DNA from: Mobula hypostoma
Lineage: Eukaryota
Direction: 5' to 3'
Assembly: GCF_963921235.1 (NCBI RefSeq)
Contig: NC_086108.1
Span: forward strand, 78,370,001-78,434,000
Length of the DNA stretch: 64,000 bases
The translations under genes were made by a program, and so were the position numbers. Positions 27,041 to 38,810 of the stretch are shown here, piece by piece. Positions within the stretch are counted from its first letter, which is position 1. Every line of letters starts with the position of its first letter. The notes below the pieces were generated by a model, which ran no database searches, was not told where the DNA came from, and saw only the letters and a list, made by a program, of their open reading frames with translations.

Positions 27041-29345
27041 TCTCAGCATTACATCTTTGCTCTTATGTTTTAGTCCTCTCAAAGTATTGAAGATGGTGCC
27101 AGCGAACAATGCAATGTCCTTCAGACAATTCACGAAACTACGTCTTTCACTTCTCCTATCAAATATGATTATATTGCTAAGCTATGTGCAGTTGGAACCT
27201 GTGACTTACATTTTGATGGTGTTTTTGGGCTGATTGGGCGATCTGGAGCTTTGCCATCTCCAAGGGAGTTCAGTGCGGTTTAAAGCGGAGAGTGAGGCCT
27301 GGAGGCCAAGAAACCTGGGGACGGGCCACGTCTGCCTGTGTTTGACCGGTCTCTCTCTACCTCTCACTATCTGCTGCCAGAGGAAGGTGCTGGGGTCTTG
27401 TGTCTTGAGCAAGGTTTGATCAGCCTGGTTTGTGGATTGGATTCTGCAGTTCATGTTATATGTGTTTCTTATTTCTCCATTTTTTTTATTACTATTTTGT
27501 GCAATTTTAATCAGGGCAGACTGGCTCTGCAGCTTGCCGTCAACAAACAACACAGCACTAAATTGAACTGAACATTTTTAGATTGTTTTAATGACTCTGG
27601 ATTAATGTTTAATATTCTCGATGTTTTCCCCCCATTTTTTGCTATTTGCATGATTTGTTCTTTTTTTTTTGCATTTTGGGTGTTTGATGTATCCACAACC
27701 AATGATCTCACCTTAAGGAACACACACAAAATACTAGAGGAATTCAGTAGGCCAGACAGCATCAACGGAAAAGAGCATAGTCGACATTTCGGGACAAGAC
27801 CCTTCAGCAGGACTCATAGTAAATTAACATGATTAGAATTTTACATCACAGAAAGAAGCCAGCTGAATAACAGAAGCTAGCCACTTCTGCAGACTCACTG
27901 CTTCCTCAACACTTCTTGCCCCTCCAGCTACCTTTGTATTATCTGCAAACTTGGCCAGAAAGCCATCAATTTCATCATCCAAATCATTGACGTATAATAT
28001 GAAAAGAAGATGTCCCAAAACGGGCAGCCAACCTGAAAAGGACCCCTTTACTCTCACTCATTGCCTCCTGCCATTCCATGATAGTATCTTTCCTGTAATA
28101 CTACGGGCTCCTATCTTGTTACGCAGCATCAGCGTAGCACTTGTCAGAAGCCTTCTGAAAATCCAAGTAAACAACATCCACTGACTCTCCTTTGTCTATC
28201 CTGCCTCTTATTCCCTCAAATAATTCAAACAGATTTGTCAGGCAAGACAAACTCTCTTTTGTATCCTCATTTATATTCCCTCTATATCCTTTGGTATCCT
28301 CTTTTATATTTCCCCTAAGGAAACCATGCTGATTTTTGCCTACTTTACCATGTGCCTTGAAGCACCCCAAAACTTCATCCTTAAGAATGGACTCCAACAT
28401 CTTCCCAAGCACTAAAGTCAAGCTAGCTACCCTACAATTTCCTTTCTTCTGCCTCCCTCACTTCTTTAAGAGCAGAGTGACTTGCAATTTTCCAACCCTC
28501 TAGAACCATTCCAAAATTTAGTGATTCTTGAAAGAACATTAGTAATCCCTCCAGAATTTCTTCAACCACCTTGGGGTGTAGTCCATCTGGTCCAGATGAC
28601 TTATCTACCTTCAGACCTTCTAATTTCCCCAAGCACCTTCTCTTCAGTATTAACAACTACACTCACTTCTGGTCCCTCACACTCTCAAATTTCTGGCTTA
28701 CTGCTAGTGTTTTCCGGGGAGCAGAAGTGAGTGAAGACCAACACAATATACAACTTACTTATAGTATATTGAAGGCTCTTAGCCCTCAACCGCATCTCTT
28801 CCATTTCACGCACGTCTGCTCTTACTCATCCTCCTGCCACCTTACCAGGGATAGGGTTCCTCTTCTCCTTACCTACCACATCAGCTTCAGCGTTCAGCAC
28901 ATAATTCTCTAAAACTTCTGTCACCTCCAACTGGATTTGACCACCAAGCACATCTTTCCCTCCCCCCCCCCCACTTTCTGCTTTCTGCAGGGATCACAAC
29001 CCTACGTGACTCCCTTGTCCATTTGTCCCTCCCCACTGATCTCCCTCCTGGCACTTATCCTTGCAAGTGGAACAAGTGCTACACCTGCCCCTACACCACC
29101 TCCCTCACTACCATCCAGGGCCTCAAACAGTCCTTCCAAGTGAAGCAACACTTCACCTGCGAATCTGTTGGGGTCATTTACTGTGTTTGGTGCTCCCGGT
29201 GTGGCCTCCTGTACATCGGTGAGACCCGACGTAGATTGAGAGACCACTTCATCTGGCAGAACAAGTAGGATCTCCCTGTGGCCACCCATTTTTAATTCTA
29301 CTTCTCATTCCCTTCCAATATGTCCATCCATGGCCTCCACCAGTA

Positions 29346-31401
29346 CAGGTTTCCCCCGCCATCCTAAGGTAGAGCGTTCCTATGAAACGGTTCGCAAGCC
29401 GAAATGTCGTAAAGCGAAGAAGCAATTACCATTTATTTATATGGGAAAAACTTGTGAGCGTTCGCAGACCCAAAAATAACCTACCAAATCATGCCAAATA
29501 ACACATAAAACCTAAAATAACAGTAACATATAGTAAAAGCAGGAATGATATGATAAATACACAGCCTATATAAATTAGAAATACTTCTCTACAATGATTG
29601 CCTGCACAGTTCTCCATAGCAAAAATCTGATGCAAGCGCTCTCGGTAGAAACACAGCGCAAGCGCTGTTGGCAGAAAATCTCACGCAAGCGCTCTTGGCA
29701 AAACACGCTCTCCAGTAACCTTTAAGCTGTGAAGCTGCCCATTCTTACCAAATAACACATAAAAATACGCAGCCTATATAAAGTAGAAATAATGTATGTA
29801 CAGTGTAGTAGTGTAGTGTAGCACCGTGGACTCTCTCACGGTGGTGTCTGAAAAGAGGATGCTGTCTAAGTTGCATGCCATCTTGGTCAATGTCTCCCAT
29901 CCACTACATAATGTACTGGGTGGGCACAGGAGTACATTCAGCCAGAGACTCATTCCTCCGAGATGCAGCACAGAGCATCATAGGAAGTCATTCCTGCCTG
30001 TGGCCATCAAACTTTACAACTCCTCCCTTGGAGGGTCAGACACCCTGAGCCAATAGGCTGGTCCTGGACTTATTTCATAATTTACTGGCATAATTTACAT
30101 ATTACTATTTAACTATTTATGGTTCTATTACTATTTATTATTTATGGTGCAACTGTAATGAAAACTATTTTCCCCCGGGATCAATAAAGTATGACTATGA
30201 CTAGTATCACTTACCGGAATTGGGACAGTGCCGAGCACACTGATGATGGTGTGTTAGACTGAATCGTCGGAGGTTGGAGTGGTCCAGTGTTCCCCACCCT
30301 CCAGGCCACCGACCGATACCGATCCGCAAAGAATGCAGCGGTCCAGCGGTAGCCGGAAGGCACCCAGCACATCTTTAAGAAAAAAGCCGAAATAAACAAG
30401 CCAATTAATTAGGTACCGCCCGGCACGTAAATGTCGACCCAGATTAGAGGTGACGCAATTGGCAATCGCCTCTGATCTGAGCCGACAATTACGTGCCGGG
30501 CGGCACCTAATTAGTTAGCTTGTTTATTTCAGTTTTTTTTTAACAACGTCCTGGATGCCTCTCGGCTACTGCTGCATTCTCCACGAATCGGTATCTGTCC
30601 GTGGCCTGGGGTTGGGACCACTGGGGTGGTGGGATACGGGGGTGTCATCTCATCGTCGATCTGGGCAGGCAGGTCATCTTCTTCTATGTCTGCCTACCTC
30701 CATGTCGAAGGTCGAGGTTCTTCGTCTGCTGTGGCTGACGTGGAAGGCTTGCTTTACTGCTTAGCCTCGCACATTTTTCTATCATACGGTTCTTTGTAAG
30801 CACTCAAACCCATCCTGCAAATATGCCCTAAACCAACGTACCTTTTCAAAATTAAAGTCGTACTTTATCACTGCAGCAAAAATCTCACGCAGTTGCTTCA
30901 ACGTTCAGTTTCTGCACGACTTCACTTTTGCTACTGCATTCGGTTTTGATTGTTATCCTTTCCTCTTCCAATTGCATCAGCTCTTCATCTATCAGTTCTT
31001 GGTCATGGGATGCCAAACCTTTTCAACATCATCTTCGTCAGCTTCCACAAGCCAAACTCACTTTGTCCTTACTTTGTTCACCACGATCAAAACGCTTAAT
31101 TATGTCTAGTTTTACGCTGTGTAACATCCTTATGAGCTCTTTTAGGCTTTTCCAATACCTTAGAACTCACCTTGCAAACGGCTGCTCACAGACACGTGTT
31201 TAAGCAATGCCGTTCCGAAACCTGGGGAGAGCGGCTGCTTGGGGCGCACGCTGCCTTTTTATCGCACGCTGCTTTTTCCACGCGCTGCCTTTTTTTGTAA
31301 CAGTGAAAACACTTTCTGTTAGCGAAAACAGGGAACTAATGTAGGTCTTTCGTAACAGCGAGGTTTCGTAAAGCGAATATTTGAAAAGCGGGGGACACCT
31401 G
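29346..31401 (-). mobile_element. pogo/Tigger non-autonomous copy C, nested in PLE
   Basis: TA|caggttt...gacacctg|TA. Colinear with copy B. Confidence 0.9.
29811..30201 (+). mobile_element. Rex1/Babar 3' fragment nested in Tigger copy C
   Basis: SHPLH...TEHHRKSFLPVAIKLYN, aataaa plus (atgact)n tail, short TSD tagta. Confidence 0.8.
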
Positions 31402-32329
31402 TATTGCAATGAGGCCACATTTAGGTTGGAGGAACAACACCTTATAGAAACATAGAAACACAGAAAACCTACAGAATAAAAACCTACCATTTGGGTAGCC
31501 TCCAACCTGATAGCATGAACATCGATTCCTCAACCATCCGGTAATACCCCCCCCCCCAACACACAATCCCTCCATTTCCCATCCACTTTTCCCTCTCTCA
31601 CCTTATCTCCTTGCCTACCTATCACTTCCCTCTGGTGCTCCTTCTCTTTTTCGTTCTTCCATGGCCTTTTGTCTCTTTCACCAATTAACTTCCCAGCTGT
31701 TTAACCTCATCCCTCCCCCTCCAGGTTTCACCTATCACCTAGTGGTTCTCTTTCCCCTCCCCCCACCTCTTAAATTTACTCCTCAGCTTTTGTTCTCCAG
31801 TCCTGCCAAAGTGTTTTGGCCCGAAACATTGGCTGTATGTTTTTTCCCACAGATGCTGCCTGGCCTGCTGAGTTCCTGCAGCATTGTGTGTGCGTTGTTC
31901 ACAATATACTCAAGTTCGTCTGCCATTTCTTTATTCCTCCCATTACTACATCTCCAGCATCATTTTTCAATGGCCCAGTTTCCCAATCACCTGCCTTTTA
32001 CTCTATATTTGAAAACACATTTATATTATTGGGCAGCTTATATTCATACTTAATCTTATCTCTCCTTATAGCTTTTTAGTTGCCTTCTGTTGTTTTTAAA
32101 AAGCTTCCCAATCCTCGAAATTCCAATTATATTTTGCAACATTATATGCCCTCTCTCTTGCTTTTATGGTGTTTTTGACTTCCCTTGTCAGCCATGAATG
32201 CCTCATCCTCCCGATAGAATACTTTTTCACCTTTGGTATGTATCTATCCTGCACCTTCTGAATTGCTCCCAGAAATACCAGCCATTACTGTTCTGCCATC
32301 ATCTCTATAGTATCCTGTTCCAATCAACT

Positions 32330-32615
32330 CCCCCGTCATGCTTCTGTAATTCCTCTTTCCCTTTCTCCTGTGGTCCACTCTCCTTTCCTATCAGATTTCT
32401 TCTTGTCCAATCCTTTATCTTTCCCACCAACCTGGCTCCATCTATCACCTTCCAGCTAGCCCCCATCCCTTCCCCCAAATATTTTATTTTGGCGTTTTCT
32501 CTTTTCCTTCTCGATCCTGAAAAAGGGTCTTGGCCTGAAATGTTAACAGTTTATTCATTTCCATGGATGCTACCTGACCTGCTGAGTTCCTCCAACATTT
32601 TGTATGTATTGCTTA
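32330..32615 (+). mobile_element. Penelope-like 3' end (decayed)
   Basis: Pyrimidine-rich tract followed by cctgaaaaagggtcttggcctgaaatgttaac...gctacctgacctgctgagttcc. Confidence 0.65.
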
Positions 32616-32890
32616 AATTCTCATTTGTTGGTGCTTTATTTCCAACAGATCGAGACAGGTAGAGAGGGGAAGGGATGGAGTTGGGAGACATGAACCATCT
32701 TTATACCAAATTGTACATTAAGCATGGAATATAACATTTTACTCTCTAATGCTGATGAGATAATCTTCCAGTAGTTTTTGGCCAGGAAGTCAGAGTCATA
32801 CACTTAGTCTTATAGAGCCATATAGCTGAGACACAAGTCCAGTATAGCTACTACACCCATGCTGTACCATACTTCTGCCCAAAATCGGTG

Positions 32891-33522
32891 TGTAGTGCCC
32901 TGGTTCACATCTTTACTGTTATGCTGTAGATATTTCATTTAGCAGCTCTGTAAGAGCTGATTATTCTGCTTTCAGCCTGTTTGGGTTATTTTTGAAGATA
33001 AAGGTTGATGTGGAATGTGTGCCATCCAATTAGCGGGAGGTTCCTCTTGGTGAAGGACAATAATGTTGGTCTTGGGTTTTTGTTCGAGAGCAGATGAAGA
33101 GAGAAGACGCTGGGTAGAACTGGTTGTAACATATGATCCAGTGGGAGACCCTCTTGTTTGAGATAGATTGTGAGTGACGTTCGGAAAGCAGTGTGTGCTT
33201 TCACCTTGACTGAGGGCCCACTGTGCGAGTGACAGAGAAGTTCAAGATGAGCTCCAACTTGTGCACATTTGACTGTTTAATTAGAATGGGCCCTTTTCTT
33301 TTTGTTATTCTTTACTAACCCTTTAGCTAAGATTCATAAATATAATTCCTTTGATCGTATGCAGTGTACTATCTTATTTCGTGGCATTAATTTGTAATAG
33401 GGTAGCGAATTACACAGCATCCACACAAACGGGTGGGAGCTCCGCCCTCAATCTCACTTATCTGGCAGGGCCGGAGATTGTCTTCCCTAGACTTACTCAG
33501 CAGATGAAACCAGAGTGTTTCA
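32891..33522 (+). repeat. 5' LTR
   Basis: Direct repeat of 38181-38810. Followed by PBS-like tgggagtatcatccaggat, which resembles the tRNA-Pro PBS. Confidence 0.92.
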
Positions 33523-33750
33523 TTGTGGGAGTATCATCCAGGATCTATTTCATTGGATGCTGTGCGATTACCTCCTACCCCGAGCATTGACCCAGAGGGT
33601 TGTGTGTTTAAGTCTGTGTTAAACTATTGTTCGGTAAAGTGATTATGATCCGTCGTTATAGATGCTGCAGGGGTGGAGCGGAGGTTTGATAAAGACTTTG
33701 CTGCGGGCAAAGACTTTGTTCTAGTTCAGACTTGCACTGACGTAATAGCA

Positions 33751-34225
33751 GTAGAACTGCCTAGTACTATCAGGCCCCCAGCAGAGGGGGCCCATGGGCT
33801 GTCCATACTTCCCGGGAGGACAGTAAAACTGTCTGGTACTGTCGGGGGCCCGTGGGCTGTCCATGCTTTCTGGGAGGACAGTACAACTGCCTAGTACTAT
33901 AGGGGGCCCATGGGCTGTCCATACTTTCTGGGAGGACAGTACAACTGCCTAGTACTATCGGGGGCCTGTGGGCTGTACATACTTTCCGGGAAGACAGTAG
34001 AACTGTCTGGTACTATCAGGGGCCCGTAGGCTGTCCATACTTTCCGGGAGGACAGTAGAACTGCCTGGTACTATTGGGGGCCCAGGGGTGTCCATACTTT
34101 CCGGGAAGACAGTAGAACTGCCTGGTACTATCGGGGGCCTGTGGGCTGTCCATACTTTCCGGGAGGACAGTAGAACTGTCCAGTACTATCGGGGGCCCGT
34201 GGGCTGTCCATACTTTCCAGGAGGA
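33751..34225 (+). repeat. 58-bp minisatellite, about 8 units, inside gag
   Basis: Unit gtagaactgcctggtactatcgggggcccgtgggctgtccatactttccgggaggaca, starting at 33751, 33823, 33881, 33939, 33997, 34055, 34112 and 34170. Confidence 0.95.
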
Positions 34226-36907
34226 GGGGAGTGAAGGCGAGCGTGCCAAATCGGAAGCCGAGTTTCCCGTAATTGGGGGTGGAGACTTTAAAGACAAGTT
34301 ACTCTCATTTCTGCAGAGTCAGGGGAAGGAGTGGTCTGATGTTGAGGGTCTAATGAGTCCTCTAGTGTGGGCTGAGCATTCTGAGTTGGTAATGGCCCTT
34401 ACTTTCCTGGTGAATAAATGGCAAAATGCCCAGGTTCAAAGTCCCAGTTATCGTAGGCTCAGCCCATTTTCAGAAACGAACCCACCCCTAAAGGGGAAGA
34501 GGAGTATGAGACTTGGGCAGAGCAGACCCCTCTGTTGCTACATGAGGGGCAGTGCTCTGATGACAAAAAGACAGTAATTGGTTGAAAGTTTGAAGGGGCC
34601 GGCTGTTGACTTAGTGGGATCTGTAAAGACAATCCTTTTGTTACCTCTGCAGCCTATATGCAAGTGCTAGAAAAGGTGTTTGGCGTGTCAGAAAGCCCAT
34701 TGGAGCTTATGACGGGGTTTCAGAGCATGGAGAAAGAGAGAAGCTTTCTGCCTACATTTTTCTCCTAGATAGGCAGCTAAATTGCTTGCGGCATAGAGGG
34801 GCCATTCAACCGGCTGAAGTGAATCAGTTAAGAATGGATCAGGTGGCAAAAGACATCCATTCGCAGGACCTGATCGCTTGGGGTCTCCAAATGTCTCGTA
34901 AGACATGCCCCCCCACCTCGTTTGTCGAGTTGATCAGAGAAGTAAAAGAGGAGGAATCAGAATCAGAATCAGGTTTATTATCACCGGCATGTGACGTGAA
35001 ATTTGTTAGCTTAGCAGCAGCAGTTCAATGCAGTACATAATCTAGCAGAGAGAAAAAAAATAAAACAAAACATAATAAGAATGTGATGGAGGCGTGGAAA
35101 GCCTCTGTCCGTAGGGTATAGTCCTCGGTAGTGGTCCCTTTGGCTGAAGTGACCACTGATAAACCTGGGAAGTGGTGAAGGAGCTCGTGGCAGAGTTTAG
35201 GACTGAGATGTCCTGGTTGTTATCAGCAGAGGTGCCTCTCCCCCCCACCCCCCATTATGAAAGACTCCCTAAGGGGATGGGCTACACAGAGGGCTGCCAG
35301 TGTCTGGGATCCCACAAGAAGGGGAACAGCCAGTATTGTCTGTTATGACTGTGGTAAGGAGGGACACTTGAGGCCAGGAGTGTGAACGACGGGAAACCCC
35401 TCGGAGAGTGAAACCCCAAGTACCCAAGCAGAGAGACCCAATGAGGGAACGGCCTGGCATCTCGGGGTGAACACGGCCCAGCAATATATCCAGGAACATC
35501 CGAAAGCAAAAAAACCCTATTCCTGAAGGCTTAGTGGGGCCAAGCTCCAGTGTATCGCTATGGATTGAGGGTATTTATGCTAGAGCCATACTTGACACCG
35601 GTTCTCAGATTACTATGCTGTACCATTCATTTTACAACCGGTATTTGACACATTTACCATTGACAGCACTCAGTGCACTAGAGATCTGGGGACTTAGACT
35701 ACCTGTATGATGGCTACTTGTCTTTGAAGCTGGAGGTTTCAGAGGCAGATGTGAGAGTAGCTGAAGTCCTTGATACATTAGTGCTGGTTTATCTAGACCC
35801 GACCGAGAAGGACGAAGCTTCAATTCTTGAGAAGACGAATACTCCTACTGTGAGGACGCTAATGGCAGCCTGCAAGGAGAAAGTTGGAGACAGCTTTCTG
35901 AAAACAGTGTCCATTTACTGTGTTCCAAGCTGCTTTGGAAGAAGTGTGTGGCCGCACTGGACTGGATGTTGAGCATAAATGAGGGACTGTATGGCTCACT
36001 TGGTCAAAACCAGTCGTGTTATGGCCTGGGGAAGTAGCAAGAATGATGGGAAACCCCAGATTTCCTGGAATGCCCGAGGCCGAGGCCCTCTTGGTGGATG
36101 ATCCGGAAGACCACAAAGAGGAGTCAGCCTTACCTGATGGGGTACTGGTGAGGCCCGAACTGCAGGAGCCCTCAGTTGTACAGGTGAACAGGATGACAGT
36201 GAGTGTCAGGAACACTTTGGAGCGGGAGGTCATCCACAGGCAGGAGATGCCAATGGCGCACCTCTTCCCAGTGACGGTAATGCCTAGTGTTCCTGTGAGA
36301 CAAGCTGGAGAGAAACTCTCTCTGAAAAGAGGAAAAATGAGTGCCCAGTCTTTCAATTTTAGGGACTCCTCGGTGCCTGGAGGTTGGAAGAAGAGGTTGA
36401 TCGAGAAAATGCTGAAGCTGAAAGATGTCTTTTCTAATGACAAGTTTGATGTGGGTTGTTCTAAGAGCACTCGCCACACCATCCGGATGACACAGGACAC
36501 CACATTCAGAGAAAGGTCACGGCGACTGGTACCTGGAGAGGTGGAGGATGTTCAGCAGCATCAGCGAAAGTTGAAGGAAACTGGGATCATCACTGAGTCC
36601 AGAAGTCCTTACGTATGTCCAACAGTAGTGGCCAGGAAGAAGAATGGGAAGGTACGGGTGTGGGTGGACTTTCGGACTCTGAACAGGCGTACACTCTCTG
36701 ACAAGTATACAGTCCCAAGAATGGTGCAACGTGGTTCAGTGTGCTGGACTTGAGAAGTGGGTATTACCAGATACCCATGAGTGAGGCTGATAAAGAGAAG
36801 TCTTATCTAAGGTCTATGTCTGATATGAGAAGGGAGTTGAAAAAGGCTTATTAATTAGCTGAGGTCTTGGTTGCCAAGCAGAATCAAGGAAATAAGAGGT
36901 ATGATCA

Positions 36908-37052
36908 TTCACAGATTCACAGAGTCCTGATGAAGGGTCCCAGCCTGAAACGTCGACTGTACCTCTTCCTAGAGATGCTGCCTGACCTGCTGCGTTCACC
37001 AGCAACTTCGATGTGTGTTGCTTGAATTTCCAGCATCTGCAGAATTCCTCGT
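36908..37052 (+). mobile_element. Short PLE terminal insertion in the Gypsy integrase remnant
   Basis: 9-bp TSD gtatgatca (36899-36907 and 37053-37061). Confidence 0.85.
36923..36958 (+). ncRNA. Minimal type I hammerhead ribozyme motif (PLE-type)
   Basis: agtc-CTGATGA-agggtcccagcct-GAAAC-GTC-gact: stem I agtc/gact, intact core, loopless palindromic stem III (ACGT). Confidence 0.75.
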
Positions 37053-37761
37053 GTATGATCAAAAAGTTAGATTCTCCCACCTCATGCCTGGAGACCGACT
37101 CCTCAAAGAATTTGGGGCTACCTGGGAAGCACAAGTTGGCTGACTGCTGGGTGACTACATCCTATGTAGTGGAGAGTCAGATGCCAAACGTACCAGTTTT
37201 CAGGGTGAAACCAGAGGATGGGAATGAGCCTGTTAAGATTCTCCATCAGAACCACAAAAGGTGCACGTTGACCCAGAGCCTGACCTGGACCCTACACCTA
37301 GTAAAGGGGACTCTGTGGCAATGTGGAGAGACTAAAGAATCAGCAGCAGGAAAGATTAAATCAGTCTCCAGCCCTGAATAGGAACTCCCCACTAACTGAG
37401 GAAGAGTTTCCCAACCAATGAGGCAGGTGAAATCAGGGGGACTATCTGTGGACAAGCAGGTTTGGAGCTGGACCCCGAAGGGGGTCTGGGGTCTAAAGTA
37501 ACTGTGAATGAAGCTGAGCTCAGCCAAGTGGCAGAACGATCCGAGTTTCCGGAAGGCACGATAGACAGGGGGAGGCCTCGCCATTAAGACCAGAAGTATC
37601 CCAAGGAGTGTCTGAAACTGAAGATGTGGATGATGGGATACGGAGGTCTCAGAGAGTCAGGAGACCCCCCCCCCCCGCCCAGATACGCTGGCCTACATAG
37701 CACTGGGGGAACGGAAGGTTGGGACTATCCCCCTAGTCAGACACGTCACTACCATTTACAA

Positions 37762-38034
37762 CATACATCAAAGTTGCTGGTGAACGCAGCAGGCCAGGCA
37801 GCATCTATAGGAAGAGGCGCAGTCGACGTTTCAGGCCGAGACCCTTCGTCAGGACTAACTGAAGGAAGAGTGAGTAAGGGATCCCTTCAGTTAGTCCTGA
37901 CAAAGGGTCTCGGCCTGAAACGTCGACTGCGCCTCTTCCTATAAATGCTGCCTGGCCTGCTGCGTTCACCAGCAACTTTGATGTGTGTTGCTTGAATTTC
38001 CAGCATCTGCAGAATTCCTGTTGTTTGCGTTTAA
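37762..38034. mobile_element. PLE-derived fold-back insertion
   Basis: Inverted arms of about 107 bp and a 14-bp TSD actaccatttacaa (37748-37761 and 38035-38048). Confidence 0.9.
37821..37856 (-). ncRNA. Minimal hammerhead ribozyme motif, intact core
   Basis: Minus strand reads agtc-CTGACGA-agggtctcggcct-GAAAC-GTC-gact. Confidence 0.75.
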
Positions 38035-38180
38035 ACTACCATTTACAAATGGGTTGGAGGTTCTGACTCACAGAGTTCTTTTGAAAACAGCGTTATTAAT
38101 GATGGGATGACAAATCACTCCAAAGTCATGAAAACATGACTATTTGTGGTGGTGGGGTGGGGGGGGGGTGGAATAAAGAG

Positions 38181-38810
38181 TGTAGTGCCCTGGTTCACAT
38201 CTTTACTGTTACGCTGTAGGTATTTCATTTAGCAGCTCTGTAAGAGCTGCTGTTCTGCTTTCACCCTGTTTGGGTTATTGTTGAAGATAAGGGATGATGT
38301 GGAATGTGCATCATCCAATTAGTGGGAGGTTTTTCTTGGTGAGGGAAAATAAGGTTGGTCTTGGGCTTTTGTTGGAGAGGAGATGAAGAGAGATGCTGGG
38401 GAGAACTGGTCGTAACATACGATCCAGTGGGAGACCCGCTTGTTCGAGATGGATTGCGAGTTCAGAAGGTGGTGTGTGCTTTCACGTTGACTGAGGGCCC
38501 AGCACGCGAATAACAGAAGTTCAAGATTAGCTCCAACTTGTGCACATTTGACTGTTTAATTACAGTGGGCTCTTCTCTTTCTGTTATTCTTTACTAACCC
38601 TTTAGTGAAGATTCATAAATACAATTCCTTTAACTTTATGTACTGTCTGTTATTTCGTGGCATTAATTTGTAACAGGGTAGTGAATTACACAGCATTCAC
38701 ACAAACAGAGTTTGGGTGGGGAGGGGGCCCATGCTTCATTCTCACACGTTTGGCGGGGCCAGAGGTTGTCTTCCCTGGATTTACGCAGCCAAGAAAACCA
38801 GAGTGTTTCA
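38181..38810 (+). repeat. 3' LTR
   Basis: tgtagtgccc...gagtgtttca, preceded by a purine/G tract and followed by TSD ggtg. Confidence 0.92.

Larger units (their letters stand above)
28752..31899 (+). mobile_element. Penelope-like element (5'-truncated): GIY-YIG endonuclease and terminal repeat
   Basis: CYTCPY...FTCESVGVIYCVWCSRCGLLYIGETRRRL. 10-bp TSD cacaatatac (28742-28751 and 31900-31909). Confidence 0.9.
27875..32330 (-). mobile_element. CR1 LINE RT region split by a Penelope insertion
   Basis: YVNDLDDEIDGFLAKFADNTK, VYLDFQKA and KSSGPDGLHP. Sequence resumes at 31900. Confidence 0.85.
32891..38810 (+). mobile_element. Gypsy LTR retrotransposon with PNMA-like gag; both LTRs present, pol internally deleted
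   Basis: TG...CA LTRs and 4-bp TSD ggtg. Gag knuckle CYDCGKEGH (35341), protease ILDTGSQ (about 35588), RT start SPYVCPTVVARKKNGKVRVWVDFRTLN and LDLRSGYYQIP, integrase C-terminal remnant, PPT at about 38147-38180. Confidence 0.92.

Noticed and set aside
33751..34225. CRISPR-like regular array
   Set aside because: No unique spacers, no cas genes and a vertebrate context. It is a tandem repeat of gag sequence.
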